From an uncultured Candidatus Saccharibacteria bacterium (GTDB lineage: Bacteria; Patescibacteriota; Saccharimonadia; Saccharimonadales; UBA10212), in assembly GCA_964624785.1 (NCBI GenBank), contig CAZUXR010000004.1, forward strand, positions 1 through 50,592: a stretch of 50,592 nt of DNA, read 5' to 3'. Made by a program: the position numbers and the translations under genes. This document shows positions 20,369 through 28,590 of this stretch, piece after piece. Below the pieces are notes generated by a model. The model worked only from the letters and a program-made list of their open reading frames with translations, was not told the DNA's origin and did no database searches. Every line of letters starts with the position of its first letter. Within the stretch, counting starts at the first letter, position 1.

Positions 20369-21079
20369 TTACCCCTTTGCGAATTCCAGCCAGTTTCGGT
20401 ATGGTTGTCCGCTTGGTATATAGCCAGCAGTCTTTCGTTGGCCGTTTATAAAAGGCGGGTTGTAGTTAACGCGCAGTATTGCACCGGCTAATTTATTTGC
20501 CCTATCTTCCATATTTTTGGGCAAAATCTTGTTATCTAGTTTTACGAAGTCCATATCCGAAAATTGTTGCCGGTTCATCGCCGCGCCGCGTAATGTTTCG
20601 TCTCTCATAGTCTGCTCATGTTTTTTCTTGTTTACCATGTACTCGGACAAGGACGTAGCATGTATTATTCCAGCTAAAGCTTCTATTCGTCTGCGCCCAT
20701 CTTTGCCAAGAGCATCTATAACGCACCCGCCAGGCACGGCTAGATTTACGGGATCTTCTTCTCCAAAGTCCGTATTAGTGGGCAAGGCCTCTGGTACTCG
20801 TGCAGCAGATGTCTCTTGCTGACCCAGCGCCATATTTACTACAGTGATTTTTCCTTCATTTATAAGTCCGTGAGCAGTCTTGGCTAGTTTTACCAAATCG
20901 GTCTGGCCGTGCTGGCCTTCAAAAAATTCGGTTACAAAAACTAATCCGCTAATAGCTATGAGTTCGGGAAGTTCAGCGCTTCGTTCTCCTTCCGATACGC
21001 AAAACCACTCTTTTACCGCTTCGTCCGCGGCAATCCCATCAAATGCTTCATCTATTTTAGGCCTTTTATTTGCTGTCAT
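20369..21079 (-). CDS. Hypothetical protein
   Basis: 236-aa ORF filling the gap between the permease and the tRNA; no motif recognised. Confidence 0.55.
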   Translation of the reverse strand: MTANKRPKIDEAFDGIAADEAVKEWFCVSEGERSAELPELIAISGLVFVTEFFEGQHGQTDLVKLAKTAHGLINEGKITVVNMALGQQETSAARVPEALPTNTDFGEEDPVNLAVPGGCVIDALGKDGRRRIEALAGIIHATSLSEYMVNKKKHEQTMRDETLRGAAMNRQQFSDMDFVKLDNKILPKNMEDRANKLAGAILRVNYNPPFINGQRKTAGYIPSGQPYRNWLEFAKG

Positions 21080-21124
21080 AAGAACAGACTACTCCGAAAA
21101 AAGCTATTTTAGCAACTTTGTTCC

Positions 21125-21199
21125 TGGCTCCGGGGACTGGATTCGAACCAGCGACCTAGTGGTTAACAGCCACCCGCTCTACCGCTGAGCTACCCCGGA
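21125..21199 (-). tRNA. tRNA-Asn(GTT), CCA encoded
   Basis: TCCGGGG TA GCTC AGCGGTA GAGC G GGTGG CTGTTAA CCACT AGGTC GCTGG TTCGAAT CCAGT CCCCGGA G CCA; full cloverleaf with a U1-A72 pair. Confidence 0.97.
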
Positions 21200-21438
21200 A
21201 TATATTGCTTCAAAAACTCTCGTCCGTTGCCTGATTTAAGTTGTTTTTCTCTTTTCAACGCCTCGGTGCGAGTAGCTATTGATTCTTGGTAAATCGATAC
21301 CCATTCGCCTTGGTACCGAGAGGTAAAATCTTTAAACGTATGGGCATTATGTTGCTGAAGTCTTCTTGTTATATCTTCAGTTTGTCCAGTATACGTTTTG
21401 CCCGCTGTCTTATTGTAGATTACATAGACTGTAAACAT
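21190..21438 (-). CDS. Small GIY-YIG nuclease (UPF0213/SLX1-like)
   Basis: VYVIY...TYTGQT...RRLQQHN...EALKREKQLKSG. Last codons and TAG stop overlap tRNA nt 1-10. Confidence 0.9.
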   Translation of the reverse strand: MFTVYVIYNKTAGKTYTGQTEDITRRLQQHNAHTFKDFTSRYQGEWVSIYQESIATRTEALKREKQLKSGNGREFLKQYIPG

Positions 21439-21455
21439 TAGTACTGATTATGCAT

Positions 21456-21494
21456 CCGCTCTACCTTCGCTGTCCAGCGAAGAGCTACCCCGGA
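21456..21494 (-). pseudogene. Duplicated 5' fragment of tRNA-Asn with a palindrome in the D-loop
   Basis: TCCGGGGTAGCTC-ttcgctggacAGCgaa-GGTAGAGCGG versus the tRNA's TCCGGGGTAGCTC-AGC-GGTAGAGCGG. Confidence 0.88.
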
Positions 21495-21575
21495 ACGAAC
21501 CAGGAACAAAACTGCCAAAAATTTAAAATTACTAAAAACGACTGCAACAAACTTACCGCCATCAATATCCACACT

Positions 21576-21584
21576 ATAATAACA
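21576..21584 (-). promoter_or_regulatory. Probable promoter for the tRNA-Asn/GIY-YIG unit
   Basis: Minus strand TTGGTA-18 nt-TATTAT with extended -10 TG (TGTTATTAT). Confidence 0.45.
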
Positions 21585-21644
21585 GATTGGCAACCGTTCT
21601 ACCAAGCGCGCCAAAAAATACCCCTTTGTTTTGGCGTGACTATC

Positions 21645-22631
21645 TTAAGACGCGTCCGAAACAACCAGCGAGGCAAAAATTACGGTGTTGTCACTATAAT
21701 GCCTGGTCAAAAGGTTGAACGAACCGCCGCAAGTAATCAGCCTTAGGCCAGCGTAATTGATGTTGCCATAGACTTCGGATGTTGGAAAGTTCCCTTGCGG
21801 AAATTGCTGGATCTTTGTTATAACAAATTGCGCCACAGAGCCGTCCGCTCGATTGACCGTAATCTTTTGGCCCGGCGTAAGTTCGTGCAATCGCCAAAAG
21901 ACCGCTATACCGTGTACGTTGTCCAAATGGCCTACGATTATGGACGGACCGATTTCACCAGGCGTAGGACTTTGTTTGTACCACCCAGCCATAGTGTATT
22001 GTTCTGGCACTTCGATCGAACCATCTGGCCGCAAGCCGATAGTTGTCAGATCGGTATCTAGCTGAATAGATGGAATGCTCAGGCGGGTAGGCGTTGAGTG
22101 GGGCAAGGATTGTTTTACCGGAGTGGGCGGAGCAGCAATTGCTCGCGTTACCGCACTAGCCGCCAAGGGCGGAGAGGGTAAGGCTACGGCTCGCAGACTA
22201 AAAAAGATTATCCCTAGAGCCCCTAGCAGTAGCAGACCGCCAGATAGTACTAGCTCTTGCTTTTTTGATCTTTTAGATTTACTGGCGGTCTTGCGGTCTT
22301 GCTTGCCTTTAGCTGTTGCCGGCTGAGTATTATTAACCGCTAACACAAGCTTTCGGCCGCGGCCCAGCGGCATGCTTATAAGTTGTTTTTGACGAGTTTT
22401 GGGCCTTGCCGTGGAGCGCAGCTTCCGGGCATCGCTAGCGGGCTTGCGAGAAGTATTGGACTTTGCCGGTTTTTTGGCAGCGGGCTTTTTAGGCACCGAT
22501 TTCGCTAATCGCGGCTTTTTAGTAACCCCTACTTTTGGCAATGTCGAGGCCAAATCTGTCCCACGCGAAAGCGGCGACCGCTTTTTTACCGGACGCCGCT
22601 TAGCAGATTTTGATTTTAGATCTTTTGCCAC
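21645..22631 (-). CDS. Class F sortase with long Lys/Arg-rich cytoplasmic N-terminus
   Basis: PTRLSIPSI, GWY..SPTPGEIG, IVGHLD (catalytic His), LRLITCGG (catalytic Cys), YSDN (Asn in place of Arg, typical of class F). Confidence 0.9.
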   Translation of the reverse strand: MAKDLKSKSAKRRPVKKRSPLSRGTDLASTLPKVGVTKKPRLAKSVPKKPAAKKPAKSNTSRKPASDARKLRSTARPKTRQKQLISMPLGRGRKLVLAVNNTQPATAKGKQDRKTASKSKRSKKQELVLSGGLLLLGALGIIFFSLRAVALPSPPLAASAVTRAIAAPPTPVKQSLPHSTPTRLSIPSIQLDTDLTTIGLRPDGSIEVPEQYTMAGWYKQSPTPGEIGPSIIVGHLDNVHGIAVFWRLHELTPGQKITVNRADGSVAQFVITKIQQFPQGNFPTSEVYGNINYAGLRLITCGGSFNLLTRHYSDNTVIFASLVVSDAS

Positions 22632-22650
22632 TTTATAGGCCTAGCTGTTT

Positions 22651-23259
22651 TTAAACGTTGAACTTACGCAGACGGAACAAGCCGTAACCAAAGCTAGCAG
22701 TAGAACCAACTAGGGCAGCCGCTGAAGGTAGCGAGAAGCTCGCAGCACCGCCGGCGCCAGCACTAACTCCCTGAGCTGGGGTAGCTGTAACTTGTGCGCC
22801 AAGCACTGTTCCTGCAGGGTTCGTAGTGGTAGTGGTTGGGGGAGTAGGAGGAGTTGGCGGGACAACAGGAGGAGTTACATACTCACAGTTATTATTATAG
22901 ATGGCCTGACCTTCGGTAGTCCAGTTTAAACCAGCGTAATTATCGTGCTGAGGAATGATGTCGCCCCATTTAGTCTTAGAGTCTTTTAGAGCCTGAGCTA
23001 CCACTTCAGAAGTAGCCACTGGGCCAGTGTGCGTAGAGTGATCTTTTTTGCCCTTATCATTTCCAGTGTTACCATCCGCTGCATCGGCATCAACCGATTC
23101 GCGAATATATGGATTAGTTACTGAGTTAGTTCTATGACAGATCGTTACCTTGTGATCAGTGTTTACTTGATCAACTTCTGGTTTCTTTGCAAGCGCAGTC
23201 GAACTCGCTCCAGCCACCATAACAACCGTTGCTAATGCAATTAATACTTTTTTATTCAT
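22651..23259 (-). CDS. Secreted surface protein, likely sortase F substrate
   Basis: Signal peptide ending ALA, KVTICH..NPY domain, Pro/Thr linker, PAQGVSAGAGG, hydrophobic segment, basic tail RLRK. Confidence 0.75.
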   Translation of the reverse strand: MNKKVLIALATVVMVAGASSTALAKKPEVDQVNTDHKVTICHRTNSVTNPYIRESVDADAADGNTGNDKGKKDHSTHTGPVATSEVVAQALKDSKTKWGDIIPQHDNYAGLNWTTEGQAIYNNNCEYVTPPVVPPTPPTPPTTTTTNPAGTVLGAQVTATPAQGVSAGAGGAASFSLPSAAALVGSTASFGYGLFRLRKFNV

Positions 23260-23451
23260 ATTGAACCTCCTACTTAACCTTAATACTTTCGCACTCCACC
23301 GTTTAATTTAACGTAGCATTAGTTAGTATTAGTGTCAATCTTATTTTATAATGCATATGCTTTATTTTCTAGTTGTAACCAGTTAATAGGGGCCAGCAAT
23401 TAGGGCTGGGGACTGTTCGGTGTGAGACAATGTGTGTGGAGGAACACTAAT

Positions 23452-23703
23452 ATGACAAAAGTTGTAATTTATTCGACCACTACCTGCCCTTATTGTGTTT
23501 TAGAAAAAGACTATTTAAAAAGCCGCGGGGTTGAGTTTGAAGACATTTTGCTAGACAAGCAGCCCCAGGCCGCACAAGCTTCTTTTGACACTTGCGGATC
23601 CATGGGCGTCCCCTGCACTCACATTGTTAAAGACGATGGAACAGAAGAAAAAATCCTGGGTTTTGACAAAGCCCGTATAGACATGGCACTCGGCTTAGGC
23701 TAG
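23452..23703 (+). CDS. Glutaredoxin (NrdH/YruB-like)
   Basis: YSTTTCPYC, GVP, LGFD. ATG at 23452 follows GGAGG and is preferred over the ORF-track start at 23422. Confidence 0.88.
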   Translation: MTKVVIYSTTTCPYCVLEKDYLKSRGVEFEDILLDKQPQAAQASFDTCGSMGVPCTHIVKDDGTEEKILGFDKARIDMALGLG

Positions 23704-23716
23704 AATTTAGCCAACC

Positions 23717-24922
23717 ATGCTAGAAAACGCAAAAAACCTGATCATTAACACTGGTAGAAGTTTGGGGATTGACCAAACAATAATCGAACAGCTTCTAAAC
23801 AACGATGCTGAACATATTTTTGAGATCAAACTATCTACCGGCAAAAGCTTTCCGGCATACCGCGTGCAACACAACAACTCTGCCGGGCCGTACAAGGGCG
23901 GAATCCGCTTTCATCCAAATGTTAATTTAGACGAAGTCCGTGCCCTGGCCATGCTTATGAGCTTAAAAACCGCAGCCGTTGGACTGCCGCTAGGCGGCGG
24001 CAAAGGCGGAGTATCGGTTAATCCTAAAGATTTAACCAAGCAAGAGTTGGAAGAGCTCAGCCGCAAGTATGTAGCCCATTTACACCCGCATATCGGTCCG
24101 GACAAAGATGTACCTGCCCCAGATGTAAATACAAACTCAACTATTATCGACTGGATGGTAGACGAGTTCGAAAAGTTAAGTGGTGATGCTAGCCGGGCGA
24201 GTTTTACTGGTAAAAGCATACCTGGCGGTGGTAGCTTAGGGCGCGAAGCCGCAACCGGTCGTGGCGGAGTAATCTCCTTAGACGAACTACTTAAACTAGA
24301 AGGCGAATCGCATAAAAAATTAACCTACGCCGTACAAGGCTTTGGGAATGTGGGCGCTTCGTTTGCTACGGTCGCAAAAATCGACCAGCCAAACTGGCAA
24401 CTGGTAGCCGCATCAGACTCCAGTGCTACGGTATTTGATGCTGACGGACTTAATGCTAACGAATTAGCCAGTTATAAAAAGTCCGACAGACGCTTTGCTG
24501 ACCATACAAAAGCCACCAATAAAGACATTGCTGCGCTCGACATAGACGTCTTAGTCTTGGCCGCTCTAGAAGACGCTGTTAATAAAGATAACGTGGCGCG
24601 AGTTAAAGCAAGGTACGTCGTAGAGCTAGCTAACGGCCCCGTAACTAGCGATGCTTACGATTATTTAACTAAAAAAGGCGTGGTTGTGTTGCCGGATATT
24701 ATCGCCAATTCCGGTGGCGTAATAGTTAGCTATCTGGAATGGCAACAAAACAAAAGCGGACAGCGCTGGAGCGAGTATAAAGTTAATAAAAAGCTGCATG
24801 ACTATCTTTCCCCAGCAGTGAGTGCTATGTACAAAACCGCCACGCAAAAGAATGTTCCTCTAAAAGAAGCCGCTTTTATGGTCGCGCTAAAAAACCTTAC
24901 AAGAGCTAAACGCCCGGAATAG
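23717..24922 (+). CDS. gdhA: Glu/Leu/Phe/Val dehydrogenase (glutamate dehydrogenase)
   Basis: GPYKGGIRFHP, LPLGGGKGG, DVPAPDVNT, ATGRG, VQGFGNVG, ELANGP, PDIIANSGGVIVSYLEW. Confidence 0.92.
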   Translation: MLENAKNLIINTGRSLGIDQTIIEQLLNNDAEHIFEIKLSTGKSFPAYRVQHNNSAGPYKGGIRFHPNVNLDEVRALAMLMSLKTAAVGLPLGGGKGGVSVNPKDLTKQELEELSRKYVAHLHPHIGPDKDVPAPDVNTNSTIIDWMVDEFEKLSGDASRASFTGKSIPGGGSLGREAATGRGGVISLDELLKLEGESHKKLTYAVQGFGNVGASFATVAKIDQPNWQLVAASDSSATVFDADGLNANELASYKKSDRRFADHTKATNKDIAALDIDVLVLAALEDAVNKDNVARVKARYVVELANGPVTSDAYDYLTKKGVVVLPDIIANSGGVIVSYLEWQQNKSGQRWSEYKVNKKLHDYLSPAVSAMYKTATQKNVPLKEAAFMVALKNLTRAKRPE

Positions 24923-24954
24923 AATTTAGAACAGAAAAAGCGCACATCTTAGAT

Positions 24955-25158
24955 TTATTGTTTGCTGATTTTTATGCAAGCCTTAATAAAAATAGTTAGC
25001 ATAATAATCGTGAGCAAAATAATGTACCAGGCAGGCGGACTGCCACCACCAGGTCCCACGTTGGGCAAAGCTCCGATGACATAAAATATCCAATAGATTA
25101 TTAGTACGCTTAAAAATAGGATAGGGTATTTTATATATTTTGGAATGTGATTAATCAT
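24955..25158 (-). CDS. Small two-TM hypothetical protein
   Basis: 67 aa; two hydrophobic helices joined by a G/P loop. Confidence 0.5.
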   Translation of the reverse strand: MINHIPKYIKYPILFLSVLIIYWIFYVIGALPNVGPGGGSPPAWYIILLTIIMLTIFIKACIKISKQ

Positions 25159-25219
25159 AAGGTAATAACTAAAGAGGCGTCGGTTTTAATGCCCCTTTAG
25201 GGTCTAGGTGTGATAACTC

Positions 25220-25402
25220 TTAGTATCCGCCAGTGCTGGCGCCGCCGGACTTTTTGATAAACAAGAAGTAAATTAATGCATAAACAATAACCGCTGCGAC
25301 CACGTAAATGACGATCCACTGCTTTTTAGAAAACTTACCGTATGATTTTTTTGGAACTGGGTTGGTTGGTGCTTGCTGCGGAGCGTTTTGATCCTGGTCC
25401 AT
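25220..25402 (-). CDS. Small single-TM hypothetical protein
   Basis: 60 aa; GAGAGG RBS; one TM helix (WIVIYVVAAVIVYALIYFLF). Confidence 0.65.
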   Translation of the reverse strand: MDQDQNAPQQAPTNPVPKKSYGKFSKKQWIVIYVVAAVIVYALIYFLFIKKSGGASTGGY

Positions 25403-25488
25403 TTTAAAAACCTCTCAATTAATTACCCCCGAATTATATCACGCTTACGGCTAATTTTTAGAAGCGAGCTTTGGTGTAGAATAGAGCA

Positions 25489-25962
25489 ATGAGTTCGATA
25501 GATTCATTAATAGTCTTCGGCGCAAAAGATTTATTTATAGTTATATTTGTTCTGGCTGCATTGGCATGGGTGCGATTGTCGGACAAGAAAAAGCTGCAAT
25601 TTGCCGCCACATTTATAATTGCGGGAGTCGCGGCTATGGCTCTGATTAACATATTTGGATTTTTGTATTACCACCCGCGACCGTTTGTTCTGTCGCATAC
25701 AACTCCGCTTGTGTCAGCCGGGCTAGACAATGCTTTTCCATCCGAGCACACGGTTTTATCGGCCACAATGGCGGCGATCATCTACTTTTTTAGCAAACGC
25801 TTGGGGGTTTTAGCTTTTGGGTTGGCGATTTTAGTTGGCGCAAGCAGGGTGGCTGCCCATGTTCATTATGCGGTCGATATAATCGCTGGTTTAATGATTG
25901 GCATTGCCGCAGCTTGCGCAGGATATTTTTTGGCAAAAAAGTTCCAAATAAAAAGCAGTTAG
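25489..25962 (+). CDS. PAP2-family phosphatase (BcrC-like undecaprenyl-diphosphatase)
   Basis: PRP, FPSEH and SRVAAHVHYAVD motifs. Confidence 0.88.
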   Translation: MSSIDSLIVFGAKDLFIVIFVLAALAWVRLSDKKKLQFAATFIIAGVAAMALINIFGFLYYHPRPFVLSHTTPLVSAGLDNAFPSEHTVLSATMAAIIYFFSKRLGVLAFGLAILVGASRVAAHVHYAVDIIAGLMIGIAAACAGYFLAKKFQIKSS

Positions 25963-26079
25963 CAAAAAGCACGAAATAGAATATAGGATTTAGAATAAAA
26001 CCAAATTTACAGCGTTCAGGGGCGTTTGTGGTCTATATTCCATATTCACACTTCTGAATTCCTAACCATCCTAGTCTAG

Positions 26080-26164
26080 GTGAAAGGACGGACCTTTCAC
26101 TATTTTAACTTTTTTTCAGGGGTGGGATAGTTCTTTTTTATTTTTTGCTAGGTCCGTCCTTTCA
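26080..26164. repeat. REP-like palindrome plus 15-bp inverted partner
   Basis: GTGAAAGG-acgga-CCTTTCAC (26080-26100); TGAAAGGACGGACCT (26081-26095) is inverted at 26150-26164. Confidence 0.7.
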
Positions 26165-26182
26165 TTTGCTCCATTCCCTATC

Positions 26183-26203
26183 CTCGGCTCTCGGCTCTCG
26201 GCT
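26183..26203. repeat. Heptamer tandem repeat (CTCGGCT)x3
   Basis: Read directly. Confidence 0.8.
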
Positions 26204-26210
26204 AATTATC

Positions 26211-26717
26211 CTAAACAGAGTATTCGTTGTCTTTTTGCCCCTTTTTAAGGGCCGACAATCTGGGAATAAAACTTTGACTGGCACCTTCTAAGCCCAGCAC
26301 TTTTAGTGCGCCAATCAGCACGTAAAGCTGATCAAGCTCGCGTTCTATAATTTTTGGAGCACCCTCCGCGCTTTTAAAAAACTGTTCGACTTTTTCTACC
26401 AGCCATTTTTCTTCGCTGGTTTTAAGTTGTTTTGGCACGACTTTTGTTGGAGCGGCAATGTTTGGGGCGACTACTTCCAGCGACCTGGCAGAATGGTCAC
26501 GCTTTTGCAAATGTCCGCGGCTAATTAGACTGTTTACGTGCAGTGCTACGGTGGCAACAGAAGTGTAGTTAAGCCCTTTCATAATCTCTCGGTAGCTGGG
26601 GCTGTAGCCATGCTCACCAATAAATTTCTCAATAAAACCTAGCAGCTCGCTCTGCTTTTTAGTTGGGCGAATCACTGTCGTAGTTTTTTGATTTTTGGTC
26701 TTTTCTAAATTCTCCAT
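26211..26717 (-). CDS. LexA-type DNA-binding domain protein lacking the S24 peptidase domain
   Basis: TKKQSELLGFI...GYSPSYREIMKGLNYTSVATVALHVNSLISRGHL...ARSL; the C-terminus is helical with no AG cleavage site or Ser-Lys dyad. Confidence 0.8.
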   Translation of the reverse strand: MENLEKTKNQKTTTVIRPTKKQSELLGFIEKFIGEHGYSPSYREIMKGLNYTSVATVALHVNSLISRGHLQKRDHSARSLEVVAPNIAAPTKVVPKQLKTSEEKWLVEKVEQFFKSAEGAPKIIERELDQLYVLIGALKVLGLEGASQSFIPRLSALKKGQKDNEYSV

Positions 26718-26740
26718 CCCTAATTCCTAGTTCCTAATTA

Positions 26741-27241
26741 CTAATTGCTCTTTATGTACGCACTGTGCCCGTGAGCGCGGTGCGCCACCACTCGGGCAAC
26801 GCTTGTTGAGTGTTTTTTGCGGGCGAAAGTTTCTGGGAACACCCAAAAGCGATACCAAAAATAGTTCCAAACAGTAAAGAATCCCGACGAAACAAACTGC
26901 CCGACGTAAGGTGTTATACCAGCTAGACGCAAGCCATACACAATAAAGTAATCCATTACAAAATCAACCAAAGTTATGAATATGTAGCGCCCAGTTACCT
27001 TGCTAGAGTTTTTGCGCAAAGCCGGGTTGCGGAACACCCAGAACCTTTGCAGCAAGTAGTTTATAGTCCAGCCAAATATATTGGAGGACAACTTTGCCCA
27101 CCAAAGGCTCCAGCCAAGGCCAGACCACAGCAGCGCAAACAACACATAGCCGCTCCAAAAGTACGCGCCGCCACTGATCATATATTCTGCGAACTGGATT
27201 ACTAACTTGCGATTTTTCTTGTTCGGCCTTTTGCCACTCAT
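26741..27241 (-). CDS. GtrA-family protein
   Basis: QFAEYMISG, NYLLQRFWVF, WNYFWYRFWVF. Confidence 0.85.
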   Translation of the reverse strand: MSGKRPNKKNRKLVIQFAEYMISGGAYFWSGYVLFALLWSGLGWSLWWAKLSSNIFGWTINYLLQRFWVFRNPALRKNSSKVTGRYIFITLVDFVMDYFIVYGLRLAGITPYVGQFVSSGFFTVWNYFWYRFWVFPETFARKKHSTSVARVVAHRAHGHSAYIKSN

Positions 27242-28569
27242 GTTTTTGTTTTAGCTTTCTTATTTTTTAGTATAGCAGGTGCGGCGACGGGCAGATGCGG
27301 TGCAGCTGCTATAGCTATGCCGGCCAAGCCCCACCAAAGATAGCTAACAGTGTCATCCGTCCAAGCATGCGACACCATATTAACAAATGTCAGCCCGGCC
27401 AGGCTGGCTAATAAAATTCGCGGCAATGCCTCGCCTCGGCGGCGCCACAATTCTAGCGCGACCAGTAGGTTAATGGCTACAAATATCGCTAGTCCTTCTA
27501 TTCCGGTTTCTTGGGCAATTTGCACGAAGTAATTTTCGGCAATGCGCGGCGGGTGGTTATTGCGGTAAGATGCCGGACCAGCCGTCCCAGGCCCTCCGCC
27601 AAGCGGCTGGCGTAAAACATCTTCAATTCCCTGTTCCATCGACCCCAGGTGCGCATTGTTAGAACTTTTGGCAACCGAGCTCGAGTTGGTATGAAACAGG
27701 GTGTTATTCGCCGCCTGGTTAGCCCGCAAGGAATATATTCCGGCAACGCAAGCAATAATCACCGCGCCAACCATCAACAAATGAGTCTTCTTATTTTTAC
27801 TAGCCCACCAAAACATCAGCCCAAGCGCCAAACCCACCCCAATCCAAGCGCTGCGTGAATAACTATAAAAAAGCACTACAAACGATGCGGCCGCAGCAAT
27901 TAGCTTAAATGTTCGTGAGCGCAAAACGGCCGTGAACCCCGGAACAACCAAGACCAAATACGCGCCCAGCGGATTCGCGCCGCGCAAAGTAGATTGAATC
28001 CGCCGGTAGTCAATATTGCTGTCGACAGTTTGGTAGGCGGGTATGGTTTGCGGACCATACCCAAAGTGCCGCAAAAAGTCGTATGGCAAAATAAATCGCT
28101 GAATCAGCCCAAACAAGATCACCACGGCTGCCGGGCCCAGAACAATTCGCGCCCAGTAATTCTTTAAAAAATCGTGACTAGCGGCAACAATATAGCAAAT
28201 TATAAAAAAACCAATAAAGCGCAGGTTAATAATATAAGAATAAACCAGCGCCACGTGGTTAACGTTGTGGTCAGCGTATGCGAATCCGCCTAGAACCAAA
28301 TGCAGCAACACATACAGCCCAAACAGGCGGGTGATCCAAGATTTAAGCAGCCAGCTTTTGAGTTCTGGTTTGCTCGACACCAACCACAGCGCCGGGCAGA
28401 TCAATAGTGCCAAGATTATCTCTTTCCAAATTCTAATCAAATCAAGGTGTCCAAAATTACTGCCTGCCCAAGTGGTTAAAAAAGCATGAAACGGAAGCAG
28501 TATAAATATCCCGGCAATAATCCAGGACAGGTATTTAGCAATTTTAACGGTGAGTAATTCGGTGCTCAT
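27238..28569 (-). CDS. O-antigen ligase/Wzy_C-family membrane protein
   Basis: RIQSTLRGANPLGAY, SYSRSAWIG, PLGGGPG, AENYFVQIAQETG; multi-pass membrane protein. Confidence 0.82.
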   Translation of the reverse strand: MSTELLTVKIAKYLSWIIAGIFILLPFHAFLTTWAGSNFGHLDLIRIWKEIILALLICPALWLVSSKPELKSWLLKSWITRLFGLYVLLHLVLGGFAYADHNVNHVALVYSYIINLRFIGFFIICYIVAASHDFLKNYWARIVLGPAAVVILFGLIQRFILPYDFLRHFGYGPQTIPAYQTVDSNIDYRRIQSTLRGANPLGAYLVLVVPGFTAVLRSRTFKLIAAAASFVVLFYSYSRSAWIGVGLALGLMFWWASKNKKTHLLMVGAVIIACVAGIYSLRANQAANNTLFHTNSSSVAKSSNNAHLGSMEQGIEDVLRQPLGGGPGTAGPASYRNNHPPRIAENYFVQIAQETGIEGLAIFVAINLLVALELWRRRGEALPRILLASLAGLTFVNMVSHAWTDDTVSYLWWGLAGIAIAAAPHLPVAAPAILKNKKAKTKT

Positions 28570-28590
28570 AGGTGATACAATCTAGTATAG

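Noticed and set aside
21190-21494. GIY-YIG ORF as part of a group I intron in the tRNA
   Set aside because: The downstream tRNA is complete on its own, and only 17 nt of non-coding sequence separate fragment and ORF, leaving no room for a ribozyme core.
21450-21746. 98-aa plus-strand ORF
   Set aside because: Overlaps the tRNA fragment, its promoter and the sortase 3' end; no protein features.
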